Shown one piece after another: positions 49,057 through 58,417 of a stretch of DNA of 64,000 nt. The stretch's first letter is position 1; the number at the start of each line of letters is the position of its first letter. Source of the DNA: Bdellovibrionales bacterium (lineage in GTDB: Bacteria; Bdellovibrionota; Bdellovibrionia; Bdellovibrionales; UBA1609); the NCBI GenBank assembly GCA_027317865.1, contig DAHVQG010000005.1:96001-160000 (forward strand), written 5' to 3'. Position numbers and translations under genes: made by a program. Below the pieces are notes generated by a model. The model was not told where the DNA came from. It did no database searches and saw nothing but the letters and a program-made list of their open reading frames with translations.

Positions 49057-49091
49057 GGCCAGAGGTTTTAATAGAGAGTCATTGAAACTGC

Positions 49092-49166
49092 AACCCGAAG
49101 ACGCAAGTCGTGAGGGAACCCGAAGACGCAAGTCGTGAGGGAGCCCGAAGACGCAAGTCGTGAGGG
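49092..49166. repeat. Three tandem 25-bp palindromic units (A-A/G-CCCGAAGACGCAAGTCGTGAGGG)
   Basis: Units at 49092, 49117 and 49142, one mismatch, no spacers. Confidence 0.95.
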
Positions 49167-49193
49167 AGCGATTCAAACTGTTGGGGGAAAGTT

Positions 49194-50903
49194 ATGAGGA
49201 ATTCGAGGGGTAAAATGTTGCAATTTAGCGCCGTAATCGCGGGCCTTTTTTGTTTTTTGTTCGTGCCGAATGCATTGGCTGCTCCAAAACACTTACGCGG
49301 CCATTTTGTTGGCCACCACCAAATGCGGCCGTCAGAGGATGTAATTGGCAATCCGAATGCGCCGGTTGGTGGGACTTTTTCTACGACCCTTGATGCCGAG
49401 CCGGATTCGTTAAATCCGTTAAAATCGACAGATGCCTATGGGGCTGCCGTTCAAAGTTATTGTTTCGACACGCTATTGCAACACAACATTCAAAACTATC
49501 AATATGAACCAAGTTTGGCCGTTCGATGGTCGGTTGCTCCTAACGGGAAATATTATACCTTTTGGCTTCGAAAAGACGCTAAATTTACGGACGGAGAGCC
49601 GGTTACGGCTTCTGACGTCAAATTTAGTTTCGACGCCTTTAACAACCCCAAGCTCGCGGACGCTGTTAACGAAGTATATTTTCAAAATATCGCCAGCGCG
49701 AAAGTTCTTGGACCGTACGAAGTTCGTTTTTATGTTAAGAGAAAATATTTTCTAAACCTCGATACCATCGCGACGATGGATATTTTGCCAAAATCGGTTT
49801 ACGGCAACCCGAAAAAAAATATGTCCAGGCAAATCGTCGGATCCGGTCCGTATAAACTTGCCAAGTTTAATCAAGGCCAAGAAATCGTACTTGTTCGAAA
49901 CAATAATTGGTGGGGGTTTAAAACACCGCAAAATCGCGGGTTTTATAAATTTAAAAAAATTATTTTCAGAGTGATAACCAATCAAACCGCTCAACTCGAG
50001 GCGCTCGAACGCGGGGATCTCAGTTTTCTTGGGCTGACCCCCGAGCAATTTGTGAAAAAGACTTCGGGTTACCCTTGGGGTAAAAAAGTTTTTAAAAGGC
50101 AGGTTGAAAATTCAATACCACACACGGAAGGTTTTATCGGGCTCAATTTTGCATATCCTTTATTTAAGGACGTGCGTGTGCGGCGTGCCTTGTCGCTTCT
50201 TTTGAATCGCAAGCTTATGATCCAAAAGTTTTATTTTAACAAATATTCGGCCGCGACAGGGCCGTGGTATAGCAAGAGCCCTGACGCCGACCCTCGTGCG
50301 AAGCCTTTTGCATATAATCCGTCTTTAGCGCGTAAACTTCTAAAAGAAGCGGGGTGGGCGGATACGAATCACGACGGTGTTCTTGATAAAATGATCAACG
50401 GCCATCGGGTGGATTTTCGTTTTTCAGTTATAAATGGCGGCGGGCCATGGGCGAAAATTTTGACTTTTTATCAGCAAGAACTACGTAAAAACGGAATTCA
50501 GCTAATCATCAAACAGGTCGACTGGAATTCGCTTGAAACAGATATCAATGAGGGCAAATTTCAAGCGGTTGCTATGGCCTGGGGTGGTGTTGTTTACAAT
50601 GACCCGAAGCAAATTTGGGCATCGAGCAGCCACGTCAACGGCGGGTCTAACTTTATCGGATATTCGAATCCGAAGGTTGATCGGTTGATCAATGAGGCTC
50701 GTGAGGATTTAAATCTGAGAACGCGTGAACCAATGATGCATGAGATTTATTCTCTTATTCGAAACGATTACCCGTACATTTTCTTGTGGAGTCCGAAATA
50801 CAGTCTCTACGCGTATGACAGCAAAATGCATATGCTACGGCCGACTTATAAATACGATATCGGCACTGGGACATGGTGGGCGAACGAAAAAGTGGCTCCG
50901 TAA
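49194..50903 (+). CDS. Peptide ABC transporter substrate-binding protein (family 5)
   Basis: Signal peptide, GNPNAPVGG, LRKDAKFTDGEPVTASDVKFS, GSGPYK, FKDVRVRRAL. Confidence 0.92.
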   Translation: MRNSRGKMLQFSAVIAGLFCFLFVPNALAAPKHLRGHFVGHHQMRPSEDVIGNPNAPVGGTFSTTLDAEPDSLNPLKSTDAYGAAVQSYCFDTLLQHNIQNYQYEPSLAVRWSVAPNGKYYTFWLRKDAKFTDGEPVTASDVKFSFDAFNNPKLADAVNEVYFQNIASAKVLGPYEVRFYVKRKYFLNLDTIATMDILPKSVYGNPKKNMSRQIVGSGPYKLAKFNQGQEIVLVRNNNWWGFKTPQNRGFYKFKKIIFRVITNQTAQLEALERGDLSFLGLTPEQFVKKTSGYPWGKKVFKRQVENSIPHTEGFIGLNFAYPLFKDVRVRRALSLLLNRKLMIQKFYFNKYSAATGPWYSKSPDADPRAKPFAYNPSLARKLLKEAGWADTNHDGVLDKMINGHRVDFRFSVINGGGPWAKILTFYQQELRKNGIQLIIKQVDWNSLETDINEGKFQAVAMAWGGVVYNDPKQIWASSSHVNGGSNFIGYSNPKVDRLINEAREDLNLRTREPMMHEIYSLIRNDYPYIFLWSPKYSLYAYDSKMHMLRPTYKYDIGTGTWWANEKVAP

Positions 50904-50913
50904 GGTTTGTTTT

Positions 50914-51972
50914 ATGTGGAAATATATTGTTCGAAGACTTCTGATTATGATCCCGACGCTGTTCGGGATCTGTCTTTTTTCGTTTGTCATTATTAATATG
51001 GCTCCGGGTGGTCCGATTGAACAGCGGATCGAGCAACTTCGATTCGCTGGGGCGGCCGGCGGTTTTGCGGGGCGCGGTGGTAGTGAGGCGCTCGCCAACA
51101 GCCAGTCCGGAATTCCACAGAACGTGATTAATGCGCTAAAAAAACAGTACGGTTTTGATAAACCGTTACCGGTCCGTTTTTGGATTTGGCTCAAAGATGT
51201 TTGCACTCTAAATTTTGGCAATAGCTTTAGTTATGACGAGCCTGTCACTCAGCTCATACTAAGCAAAATGCCGGTGTCGTTACAGTTCGGAATTGCCTCA
51301 CTTATTCTTACATACCTCGTGTGTATTCCGCTTGGAGTGATGAAGGCGGTGCGCGATGGTACGCCTTTTGATTCCGTATCGAGTTTTATTTTGTTTCTTC
51401 TCTATTCAATCCCGCCGCTCATGCTTGGAATTTTGCTTATGGTTTATTTTGCCGGTGGTTCGTATTTTCATTGGTTCCCGGCCATAGGCACTATTTCTGA
51501 TAATTACGCGTCACTTACGTTTTGGGGCAAAGTGTGGGACCGAGTTCATCACTTTGTATTGCCGCTCATTTGTTACATGGTTAACAGTTTTACCGCCCTC
51601 ACGTTTTTGATGAAAAACTCGCTTCTTGACGAGATTCGACTTGAATATGTGCGCACGGCTCGCGCCAAAGGTTTGAGCGAAAAAATTGTCGTGTATAAAC
51701 ATGCATTGCGCAACGCCTTGATTCCGATCGTCACAGGGATGGGCGGATTTTTGGGAATATTCTTAGCGGGTTCTATTATCATCGAACAGATTTTTTCACT
51801 CGATGGTATCGGTCTTTTAGGTTACAACTCGGCACTCAGCCGCGACTACAACGTTCTAATGGCGCTTATTTTTATTTCAGCCGTATTAACGCTGTTTGGC
51901 CGACTTATCAGTGATTTGCTTTATGTTGTTGTCGACCCGCGCATTCACTTCGACGGGCGAGACGATGGTTAA
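50914..51972 (+). CDS. Peptide ABC permease (YejB/OppB-like)
   Basis: YIVRRLLIMIPTL, APGGPIEQ, YGFDKP, YVRTARAKGL, DPRI.F. Confidence 0.93.
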   Translation: MWKYIVRRLLIMIPTLFGICLFSFVIINMAPGGPIEQRIEQLRFAGAAGGFAGRGGSEALANSQSGIPQNVINALKKQYGFDKPLPVRFWIWLKDVCTLNFGNSFSYDEPVTQLILSKMPVSLQFGIASLILTYLVCIPLGVMKAVRDGTPFDSVSSFILFLLYSIPPLMLGILLMVYFAGGSYFHWFPAIGTISDNYASLTFWGKVWDRVHHFVLPLICYMVNSFTALTFLMKNSLLDEIRLEYVRTARAKGLSEKIVVYKHALRNALIPIVTGMGGFLGIFLAGSIIIEQIFSLDGIGLLGYNSALSRDYNVLMALIFISAVLTLFGRLISDLLYVVVDPRIHFDGRDDG

Positions 51973-51999
51973 CGGTATGACAATAGTTGAAGGACATCG

Positions 52000-53022
52000 A
52001 TGATCGAGCGCTGGGTACAAAATCCGCTGCTTTTAAAACGCATTCGCCGCTTTAAGAAAATGAAGCGGGCGGTTGTCGCGTCTTGGATTTTTGCTTTTAT
52101 GCTCCTTTTGAGCCTGACGGCCAATTTGTGGGCAAATTCAAAACCGATTGTAATGGATTTTCACGGCAAGATTTATTGGCCCGTTTTTAAATCCTATTAC
52201 CCCACAGTATTTGGCGAGAATAACAGGCTCATTACCAATTATCGCAAATTAAAACTTGGCAAAGGTGACTGGGCCATTTGGCCACCGGTTCGGTGGAACC
52301 CGTATGAAAGCAACTTGTCTGTTGCGAATTATCCATCCCCACCATCAAAGCAAAATTGGTTTGGAACAGATTCAAGCGGCCGCGACGTTCTATCACGTCT
52401 TATTTATGGATTTCGCTACAGTATTTCTTACGCACTTCTCGTATGGATCGCAACTTATGTTTTGGGGACAATTGCCGGTGCGATCATGGGATATTGGGGC
52501 GGGCCAATTGATTTGTGGGGCCAGCGTGTGGTTGAGGTTTTTGAATCGATGCCGGGGCTACTACTGCTCATCACATTAATTTCGATTTTCAGCGCGACCC
52601 TGCCTCTGTTGATTGTATTTACAACCATTTTCGGTTGGATGTCGATTTCGCTTTATATGCGCGCTGAGTTTTTACGTCTTCGCAATCGCGAGTTTGTTGA
52701 AAGCGCGCGCGCGCTCGGCGCCTCGCGCTGGCGAGTGATTTTTGGACACATTTTGCCAAATGCTTTGAGCCCAATTTTCACCTTCAGTTCGTTTTCTATC
52801 GCGAGTTCCATAGCTTCATTAGCCGCTTTGGATTATTTGGGATTTGGTCTTCCGCCGCCAACTCCGAGTTGGGGCGAGCTTTTAAATGAAGCTCAAAAGA
52901 ACTTTACTATTGCCTGGTGGCTCGCGGTTTTTCCTTCGCTTGCGTTGTTTATTACGCTAGTTGTTCTGAATTTAATTGGTGAAGGAGTGCGTGAAGCATT
53001 CGATCCGCGCAAAGTGAGTTAG
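52000..53022 (+). CDS. Peptide ABC permease (YejE/OppC-like)
   Basis: FGTDSSGRDV.SRLIYGFR, FVESARALG, HILPN, GEGVREAFDPR. Confidence 0.93.
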   Translation: MIERWVQNPLLLKRIRRFKKMKRAVVASWIFAFMLLLSLTANLWANSKPIVMDFHGKIYWPVFKSYYPTVFGENNRLITNYRKLKLGKGDWAIWPPVRWNPYESNLSVANYPSPPSKQNWFGTDSSGRDVLSRLIYGFRYSISYALLVWIATYVLGTIAGAIMGYWGGPIDLWGQRVVEVFESMPGLLLLITLISIFSATLPLLIVFTTIFGWMSISLYMRAEFLRLRNREFVESARALGASRWRVIFGHILPNALSPIFTFSSFSIASSIASLAALDYLGFGLPPPTPSWGELLNEAQKNFTIAWWLAVFPSLALFITLVVLNLIGEGVREAFDPRKVS

Positions 53023-53069
53023 TCTAGGCTGACGTAGCGTCAAGGTCGCAAAAAACTGCAAATCAAAAT

Positions 53070-55004
53070 TTAATCTTCGAGGTATGTATAACCAGCAAGG
53101 CCTTCTTCGTAATGTTTCATGAGAAGCCGTGCCTCGGTATGACTGAGAGAACCCGATAAAATTGATTGTTCGGTTGCCTTGCGCACAAGTTCAACAAGTT
53201 CAGACCGGCCGTAGTCGAGGTAACTCAAAACTTCAGTAACCGTGTCACCGTAAAGAACGTGGTCAACCGTGTAAGTGCCGTTTTCGTTGATCGTAATATG
53301 AACGGTATCTGTGTCGCCAAATAGATTGTGAAGATCGCCCAATATTTCTTGATAAGCTCCGGCAAGAAACGCTCCCAAATAATAGGGTTGACCGGGGATT
53401 AGATCGTGAACCTCGATATAGCCTTGTTCGCTGCCCGCGTCGGTGTCGATAAAATGTTCAAGTTTGCCGTCTGAATCGCAAGTCAGATCGGCAATGGTCG
53501 CGCGACGGTCAGGTCGTTCTTCTAATCGATGAATTGGCATTACCGGAAAAACTTGATTAACAGCCCATGAATCGGGCAGAGACTGAAACACAGAAAAATT
53601 ACAAAAATACGTATCAGAGAGTTCTCTTTGTAAATTCCAATAAATGTCTTCGGCGTCGGCTCCCGCGTCTTTCGCAATTTTGGTCATCTTCGTTGAAATC
53701 GCCCAGTATAAATCTTCGGCTTTTGCGCGTTGTTCGAGACTGAGGCCGCCAAACGAAAAGAGTTGCAAGGTGTCGTTTTTCTTCTCAATGAGATCGTTAT
53801 AAAACTCGTTGATATTTTTGTGATTCACATTTTCATAAATGTAGAGAAGGTCTTTGACGAGCAAAGAATCTTTTTTATCGATCGTAAACGGTAACGAATG
53901 TTTTTGTACTTCGTTCATGCCGAGCACGTCAAAAATCAAAATTGAACTGTGAGCCACGAGCGCACGACCGGATTCTGAAATGATATTGGGATGGGGTACG
54001 TTGCGTTCATCACAAATCGCTTGCAAAATTGACACGACGTCGTTGGCGTATTCCTGTTCACTGTAATTGGTCGAACTGTCTGTTTTTCCGGTACCATCGT
54101 AATCAACACCAAGACCGCCGCCGACATCGATATATTTGGGGGATGCGCCGAGGGTAAATAGTTCGGTAAAAAATCGAGCCGCTTCTTTAATAGATGCCTT
54201 AATCGCTTGAATCGAAGGCACCTGCGAACCGATGTGAAAGTGCAAAAGCTCGAGACAGTCGAGCATGTTTTCATTTTTTAAAATGTCGATCGCGTGCACA
54301 ATTTCAGATGGAGTGAGCCCAAACTTCGATCGAGCTCCTGAAGACTCGACCCACTTGCCCGAACCTTGCGTATTAAGTTTGGCACGAAATCCGATCTTGG
54401 GTTTAATATTCAATTTTTTTGATGAAGCGATGATGATCGAAAGTTCGGCCAAACGATCAACAACGATAAACGTGCTACGCCCCAATTTTTGCGACAAAAG
54501 CGCCGTTTCAATATACTCGACGTCTTTAAAACCGTTGCAGATAATGTGCGCATGCGGGGTATCCATAAACGCGAGCGCAATCAAAAGTTCGGGTTTACTG
54601 CCGCACTCAAGTCCGAGACTATTTTCTTTACCGAAATCGACAATTTCTTCAAGAAGGTGGCGTTGCTGATTGACTTTAATCGGATAAACGCCCGTGTAGG
54701 TACCTTGAAAACCATTCTCTCGAATTGAGTTCTGAAAACACTGCGAGATAAGAGCCACACGGGTCTGAACTATGTTGGGAATTCGAACTAAAATCGGCGG
54801 GCGGACACCACGATCAACAAGATCTTGAACTAGGCGATGCAGATCAAGTCCTGGTTTGTCTTTAAATGCCGTCACTTCGACATTGCCGGAGGAGTTTATG
54901 CGAAAAAACCCTGAACCCCAACTGTTGATGCCGTAAAGCTCCGCACTTTTTTCAACCGACCAGCTCATATTTGGCTCGTGGCCCGTCTCCATTTCGAAGT
55001 TCAC
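53070..55004 (-). CDS. speA: Biosynthetic arginine decarboxylase
   Basis: YPIKVNQ (PLP Lys), GSKPEL, HFHIGSQ, TCDSDG, GAYQEILGDLHNLFG; alternative start 54968. Confidence 0.97.
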   Translation of the reverse strand: MNFEMETGHEPNMSWSVEKSAELYGINSWGSGFFRINSSGNVEVTAFKDKPGLDLHRLVQDLVDRGVRPPILVRIPNIVQTRVALISQCFQNSIRENGFQGTYTGVYPIKVNQQRHLLEEIVDFGKENSLGLECGSKPELLIALAFMDTPHAHIICNGFKDVEYIETALLSQKLGRSTFIVVDRLAELSIIIASSKKLNIKPKIGFRAKLNTQGSGKWVESSGARSKFGLTPSEIVHAIDILKNENMLDCLELLHFHIGSQVPSIQAIKASIKEAARFFTELFTLGASPKYIDVGGGLGVDYDGTGKTDSSTNYSEQEYANDVVSILQAICDERNVPHPNIISESGRALVAHSSILIFDVLGMNEVQKHSLPFTIDKKDSLLVKDLLYIYENVNHKNINEFYNDLIEKKNDTLQLFSFGGLSLEQRAKAEDLYWAISTKMTKIAKDAGADAEDIYWNLQRELSDTYFCNFSVFQSLPDSWAVNQVFPVMPIHRLEERPDRRATIADLTCDSDGKLEHFIDTDAGSEQGYIEVHDLIPGQPYYLGAFLAGAYQEILGDLHNLFGDTDTVHITINENGTYTVDHVLYGDTVTEVLSYLDYGRSELVELVRKATEQSILSGSLSHTEARLLMKHYEEGLAGYTYLED

Positions 55005-55010
55005 TTTAGT

Positions 55011-57395
55011 TCACTTCACAATCAAATTCAAAATTTTGCCAGGTTTATAAATGACCTTCGTTAATGCCATACTTCCTATGGCATTCGCAACTGTATTTAT
55101 CGATTTTGCCAACTTTATCGCTTCTTCTTCGGTTGTAGTGGCGCTCACTCGAATGCTCCCGCGGGCTTTGCCGTTCACTTGCACGCCCATCTCTATTGTA
55201 TCGTCGATCGTTAGAGCCTCATCGTAGCTCGGCCAGGGCGCCAGAGAAACCAAACCTTCGCCTCCTAACCGATTCCAAATCTCTTCTGCTATGTGTGGTG
55301 CAAATGGGGCCATGAGCTGCGACAGCGTTCTAAGCATGGCTCGGGGGCGGACGTCAGCTTTGTAAATATCGTTCGTTAAAATCATCATAGCCGATACGGC
55401 CGTGTTGAAATTGAGAGATTCGATGTCTTCTCCCACTTTCTTTATTGTTTTGTGGAGCTGCTTGAGGAGTGTTTCAGGTATGTGATCCGCATCGCTGACA
55501 ACAATTTTGTCATTTTCGTCGAAGCACAATCGCCAGACGCGATCAAGAAAACGGCGCACCCCCTCGATGCCTTTTGTATCCCATGGTTTATCTTTATCAA
55601 ACGGGCCGAGAAACGAAATGTACATGCGGCAGGCGTCGGCGCCGTAAGCGTTGCGGACGTCATCGGGATTGACGACGTTGCCTCGCGACTTGGACATGCG
55701 TTGGCCGTCCGGCCCCATGACAACGCCTTGGTGAACGAGCTTTTGGAATGGCTCATCCGTCGAAACTAGGCCGCAATCGTATAAAACCTTATGCCAAAAT
55801 CGAGAATACAGCAGGTGGCCAACGGTGTGTTCGGCGCCGCCGAGATAGAGATCAACCGGCATCCAATATTTTTGCGCTTCAAACGAAAACGGCGCCGTTT
55901 TATTTTTCGGATCTGTATATCTCAAAAAATACCAGCTTGAGCCGGCTGATCCGGGCATTGTGTCGGTATCGCGTTTAGCGCCGCTGGGGTGGTTGACAAA
56001 GTTCGGCACCCGCGCAAGCGGAGGTTCACCTTTTTCTGTTGGTTGGTAATCAGCGACTTCGGGTAGTGTGAGCGGCAATTCTTCAAATGGCAATGCCCGT
56101 GTCGAGCCGTCGTTTTCGTGGAGAATTGGAATGGGCTCTCCCCAATAGCGTTGTCGGCTAAAAAGCCAATCGCGAAGTTTATATTGAATTTTTCGCTCGC
56201 CGAGTTTGCGTTTTTCAACTTCTTCAATTGCGCGCGAAATCGCGGCCGTTTTAGTTAGCCCGTTTAAAAAATCGGAATTTACCGCAACGCCGTCGCCTTC
56301 AAATGGGAGGGCATCTCCTCCCTCTACAACTTTGACAATTGGTAAACTGAATTTAGTGGCAAACTCGAAATCACGCGCGTCATGTGCGGGTACCGCCATT
56401 ATGGCTCCGGTACCGTAATCCATGAGGACGTAATCGGCTATCCAGACGGGGATCTGAGTCTTAGTAAACGGATTCATTGCATAGGAGCCCGTGAATACTC
56501 CCGTTTTTTCGTTAGCGACTTTTCGGTCCACTTCGCTTTTTTGCTTGGTGCGTTCACAATAAGAGCGCACGGCGCTTTTTTGATCCGCAGTGGTGAGTTT
56601 TGTAACAAGTGGATGCTCAGGCGCTAAAACCATAAAAGTCGCGCCATAAATAGTGTCAGGTCGGGTCGTGAAAATTTCGATGGAACCGGCTGGCGATTCA
56701 AACCGTACAAGTGCCCCTTCGCTTTTGCCAATCCAGTTGCGTTGCCCTTCTTTGGTGGCTTCAGGCCAATCAACGGTATCAAGACCGCTAAGTAAGCGCT
56801 CCGCATACTCGGTGATTTTCAACATCCACTGGCGCATATTCACGCGCACGACCGGGTGGCCCCCGCGCTCGCTTTTGCCGTCGACGACTTCTTCATTGGC
56901 CAAAACCGTGCGAAGTTCGGGGCACCAGTTTACGGGCGCTTCTTTTTGATAAGCAAGTCCGCGTTCATAGAGTTTTAAAAAAATAAACTGTGTCCATTTA
57001 TAAAATTCCGGCTCGCATGTTGAAACTTCACGATTCCAATCGAAACTATACCCGAACGACTGCAGTTGCCGCCGAAAGTTGGCGATGGCCTTATTGGTGG
57101 TAGTAGCGGGATGAATGCCAGTCTGAATCGCATACTGTTCAGCCGGAAGTCCAAAAGCATCGTAGCCCATGGGGTGAAGTACATTAAATCCACGTGCACG
57201 TTTATAACGAGCTACAATGTCTGTAGGCGTATACGAAGCAAGGTGACCGACGTGAAGGCCGGCTCCTGATGGATATGGGAACATATCCAGCGCGTAGAAC
57301 TTCGGGCGTTGAGGGTCCAGGTGCGCTGCAAAACTTTGTTGATCAGCCCATACCTTTTGCCATTTGCTTTCAATTTCTAAGTGTCGAAAAGCCAT
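55011..57395 (-). CDS. leuS: Leucyl-tRNA synthetase
   Basis: MFPYPSG.GLHVGH, TTRPDT, GTGAIMAVPAHD, RMSKS. Confidence 0.98.
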   Translation of the reverse strand: MAFRHLEIESKWQKVWADQQSFAAHLDPQRPKFYALDMFPYPSGAGLHVGHLASYTPTDIVARYKRARGFNVLHPMGYDAFGLPAEQYAIQTGIHPATTTNKAIANFRRQLQSFGYSFDWNREVSTCEPEFYKWTQFIFLKLYERGLAYQKEAPVNWCPELRTVLANEEVVDGKSERGGHPVVRVNMRQWMLKITEYAERLLSGLDTVDWPEATKEGQRNWIGKSEGALVRFESPAGSIEIFTTRPDTIYGATFMVLAPEHPLVTKLTTADQKSAVRSYCERTKQKSEVDRKVANEKTGVFTGSYAMNPFTKTQIPVWIADYVLMDYGTGAIMAVPAHDARDFEFATKFSLPIVKVVEGGDALPFEGDGVAVNSDFLNGLTKTAAISRAIEEVEKRKLGERKIQYKLRDWLFSRQRYWGEPIPILHENDGSTRALPFEELPLTLPEVADYQPTEKGEPPLARVPNFVNHPSGAKRDTDTMPGSAGSSWYFLRYTDPKNKTAPFSFEAQKYWMPVDLYLGGAEHTVGHLLYSRFWHKVLYDCGLVSTDEPFQKLVHQGVVMGPDGQRMSKSRGNVVNPDDVRNAYGADACRMYISFLGPFDKDKPWDTKGIEGVRRFLDRVWRLCFDENDKIVVSDADHIPETLLKQLHKTIKKVGEDIESLNFNTAVSAMMILTNDIYKADVRPRAMLRTLSQLMAPFAPHIAEEIWNRLGGEGLVSLAPWPSYDEALTIDDTIEMGVQVNGKARGSIRVSATTTEEEAIKLAKSINTVANAIGSMALTKVIYKPGKILNLIVK

Positions 57396-57415
57396 GTCTC
57401 CGTTATTCTAAGAGT

Positions 57416-58411
57416 ATGTCTTCAAAGTCGCAAAACGAAAAAAGAAAAATTTTAGCGGTCGACGACGACTCTGAAAGCCTTAAGATCATCAGTCAAGCCT
57501 TGCTTTGGGAGGGTTATCAGATCGAAACGGCGACTTCCGGCCGTGAAGCGCTCGACAAAATCGCCAATTGGGCGCCAAACCTGGTTCTACTTGACGTGAA
57601 TATGCCCGATTTAGACGGCCTCGATACGCTAAAACTGTTACGAAAAAGCGCCGATTACGTGACGACGATTTTCGTTTCTGCACAGTCCGAATCAGAAGAC
57701 ATCATTCGCGGGCTTGATGCGGGCGCGGACGATTATATATGTAAGCCGTTTAACCCGGCGGAACTTTTGGCGCGCATACGCTGCCACCTTCGCATCAAAG
57801 ACATTCGCGATGAATTGAATCGTGCCAACTCGAAGCTCAAAGAACTTGTTGATACAGACGACCTCACGGGTCTTTTTAATATGCGTTCTCTTTATCAGAA
57901 ACTCGATTTTGAGATTAACCGTGCAGCTCGCTATGACCGAATGGTCTCAGCCATCATGCTCGATATGGATCATTTCAAACTGGTTAACGACGGCAATGAC
58001 CATCTTTTTGGCAGTTTTGTGTTGTCACAAATAGGCCAGATTATTCGCGACAATATTCGAAATGTCGATTTTGGAGCGCGCTACGGCGGCGACGAATTTC
58101 TCGTGATTTTGACAGAGACGAGTCTTGAGGGGACACGGGTTTTTTGCGAGCGTCTGCGACATCTTATTGAATCTCATATCTTTCAAAACGAACAACATCA
58201 TCAGCAAATGACCGCCAGTTTTGGTTTTGCCGTCGCCGGACACGAAAATAGAGGTATCGACGCGCGTACACTTGTGCGTTATGCTGACCGCGCTTTGTAC
58301 CGTGCTAAAGAAAGCGGCCGCAATTGCGTCGTGGGACATGAAACTGACAACGATAATTTCGCTCAAAAGCCTCAGGTTTATTTTCGCGCGACCAAACGCC
58401 GATCGGGGTAG
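57416..58411 (+). CDS. REC-GGDEF dinucleotide cyclase with Hypr-type Ser
   Basis: REC (AVDDD, DVNMP, KPF); DDLTGLFN, FKLVND..HLFGS, RNVD I-site, RYGGDEF. Confidence 0.9.
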   Translation: MSSKSQNEKRKILAVDDDSESLKIISQALLWEGYQIETATSGREALDKIANWAPNLVLLDVNMPDLDGLDTLKLLRKSADYVTTIFVSAQSESEDIIRGLDAGADDYICKPFNPAELLARIRCHLRIKDIRDELNRANSKLKELVDTDDLTGLFNMRSLYQKLDFEINRAARYDRMVSAIMLDMDHFKLVNDGNDHLFGSFVLSQIGQIIRDNIRNVDFGARYGGDEFLVILTETSLEGTRVFCERLRHLIESHIFQNEQHHQQMTASFGFAVAGHENRGIDARTLVRYADRALYRAKESGRNCVVGHETDNDNFAQKPQVYFRATKRRSG

Positions 58412-58417
58412 ACCCCA

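Noticed and set aside
49092-49166. CRISPR array
   Set aside because: Repeats abut with no unique spacers, and there are no cas genes
49092-49166. GEMM (c-di-GMP/cGAMP) riboswitch, suggested by GACGCAA and the Hypr GGDEF
   Set aside because: Lacks the GGCAAA..GAAA P1 and second hairpin layout; the unit is only 25 nt
49057-49351. N-terminal extension of speB and ORF 49079-49351
   Set aside because: They simply translate the tandem repeat
57269-57415. Longer GGDEF start overlapping leuS
   Set aside because: Antisense to conserved leuS codons; the REC domain begins after 57416
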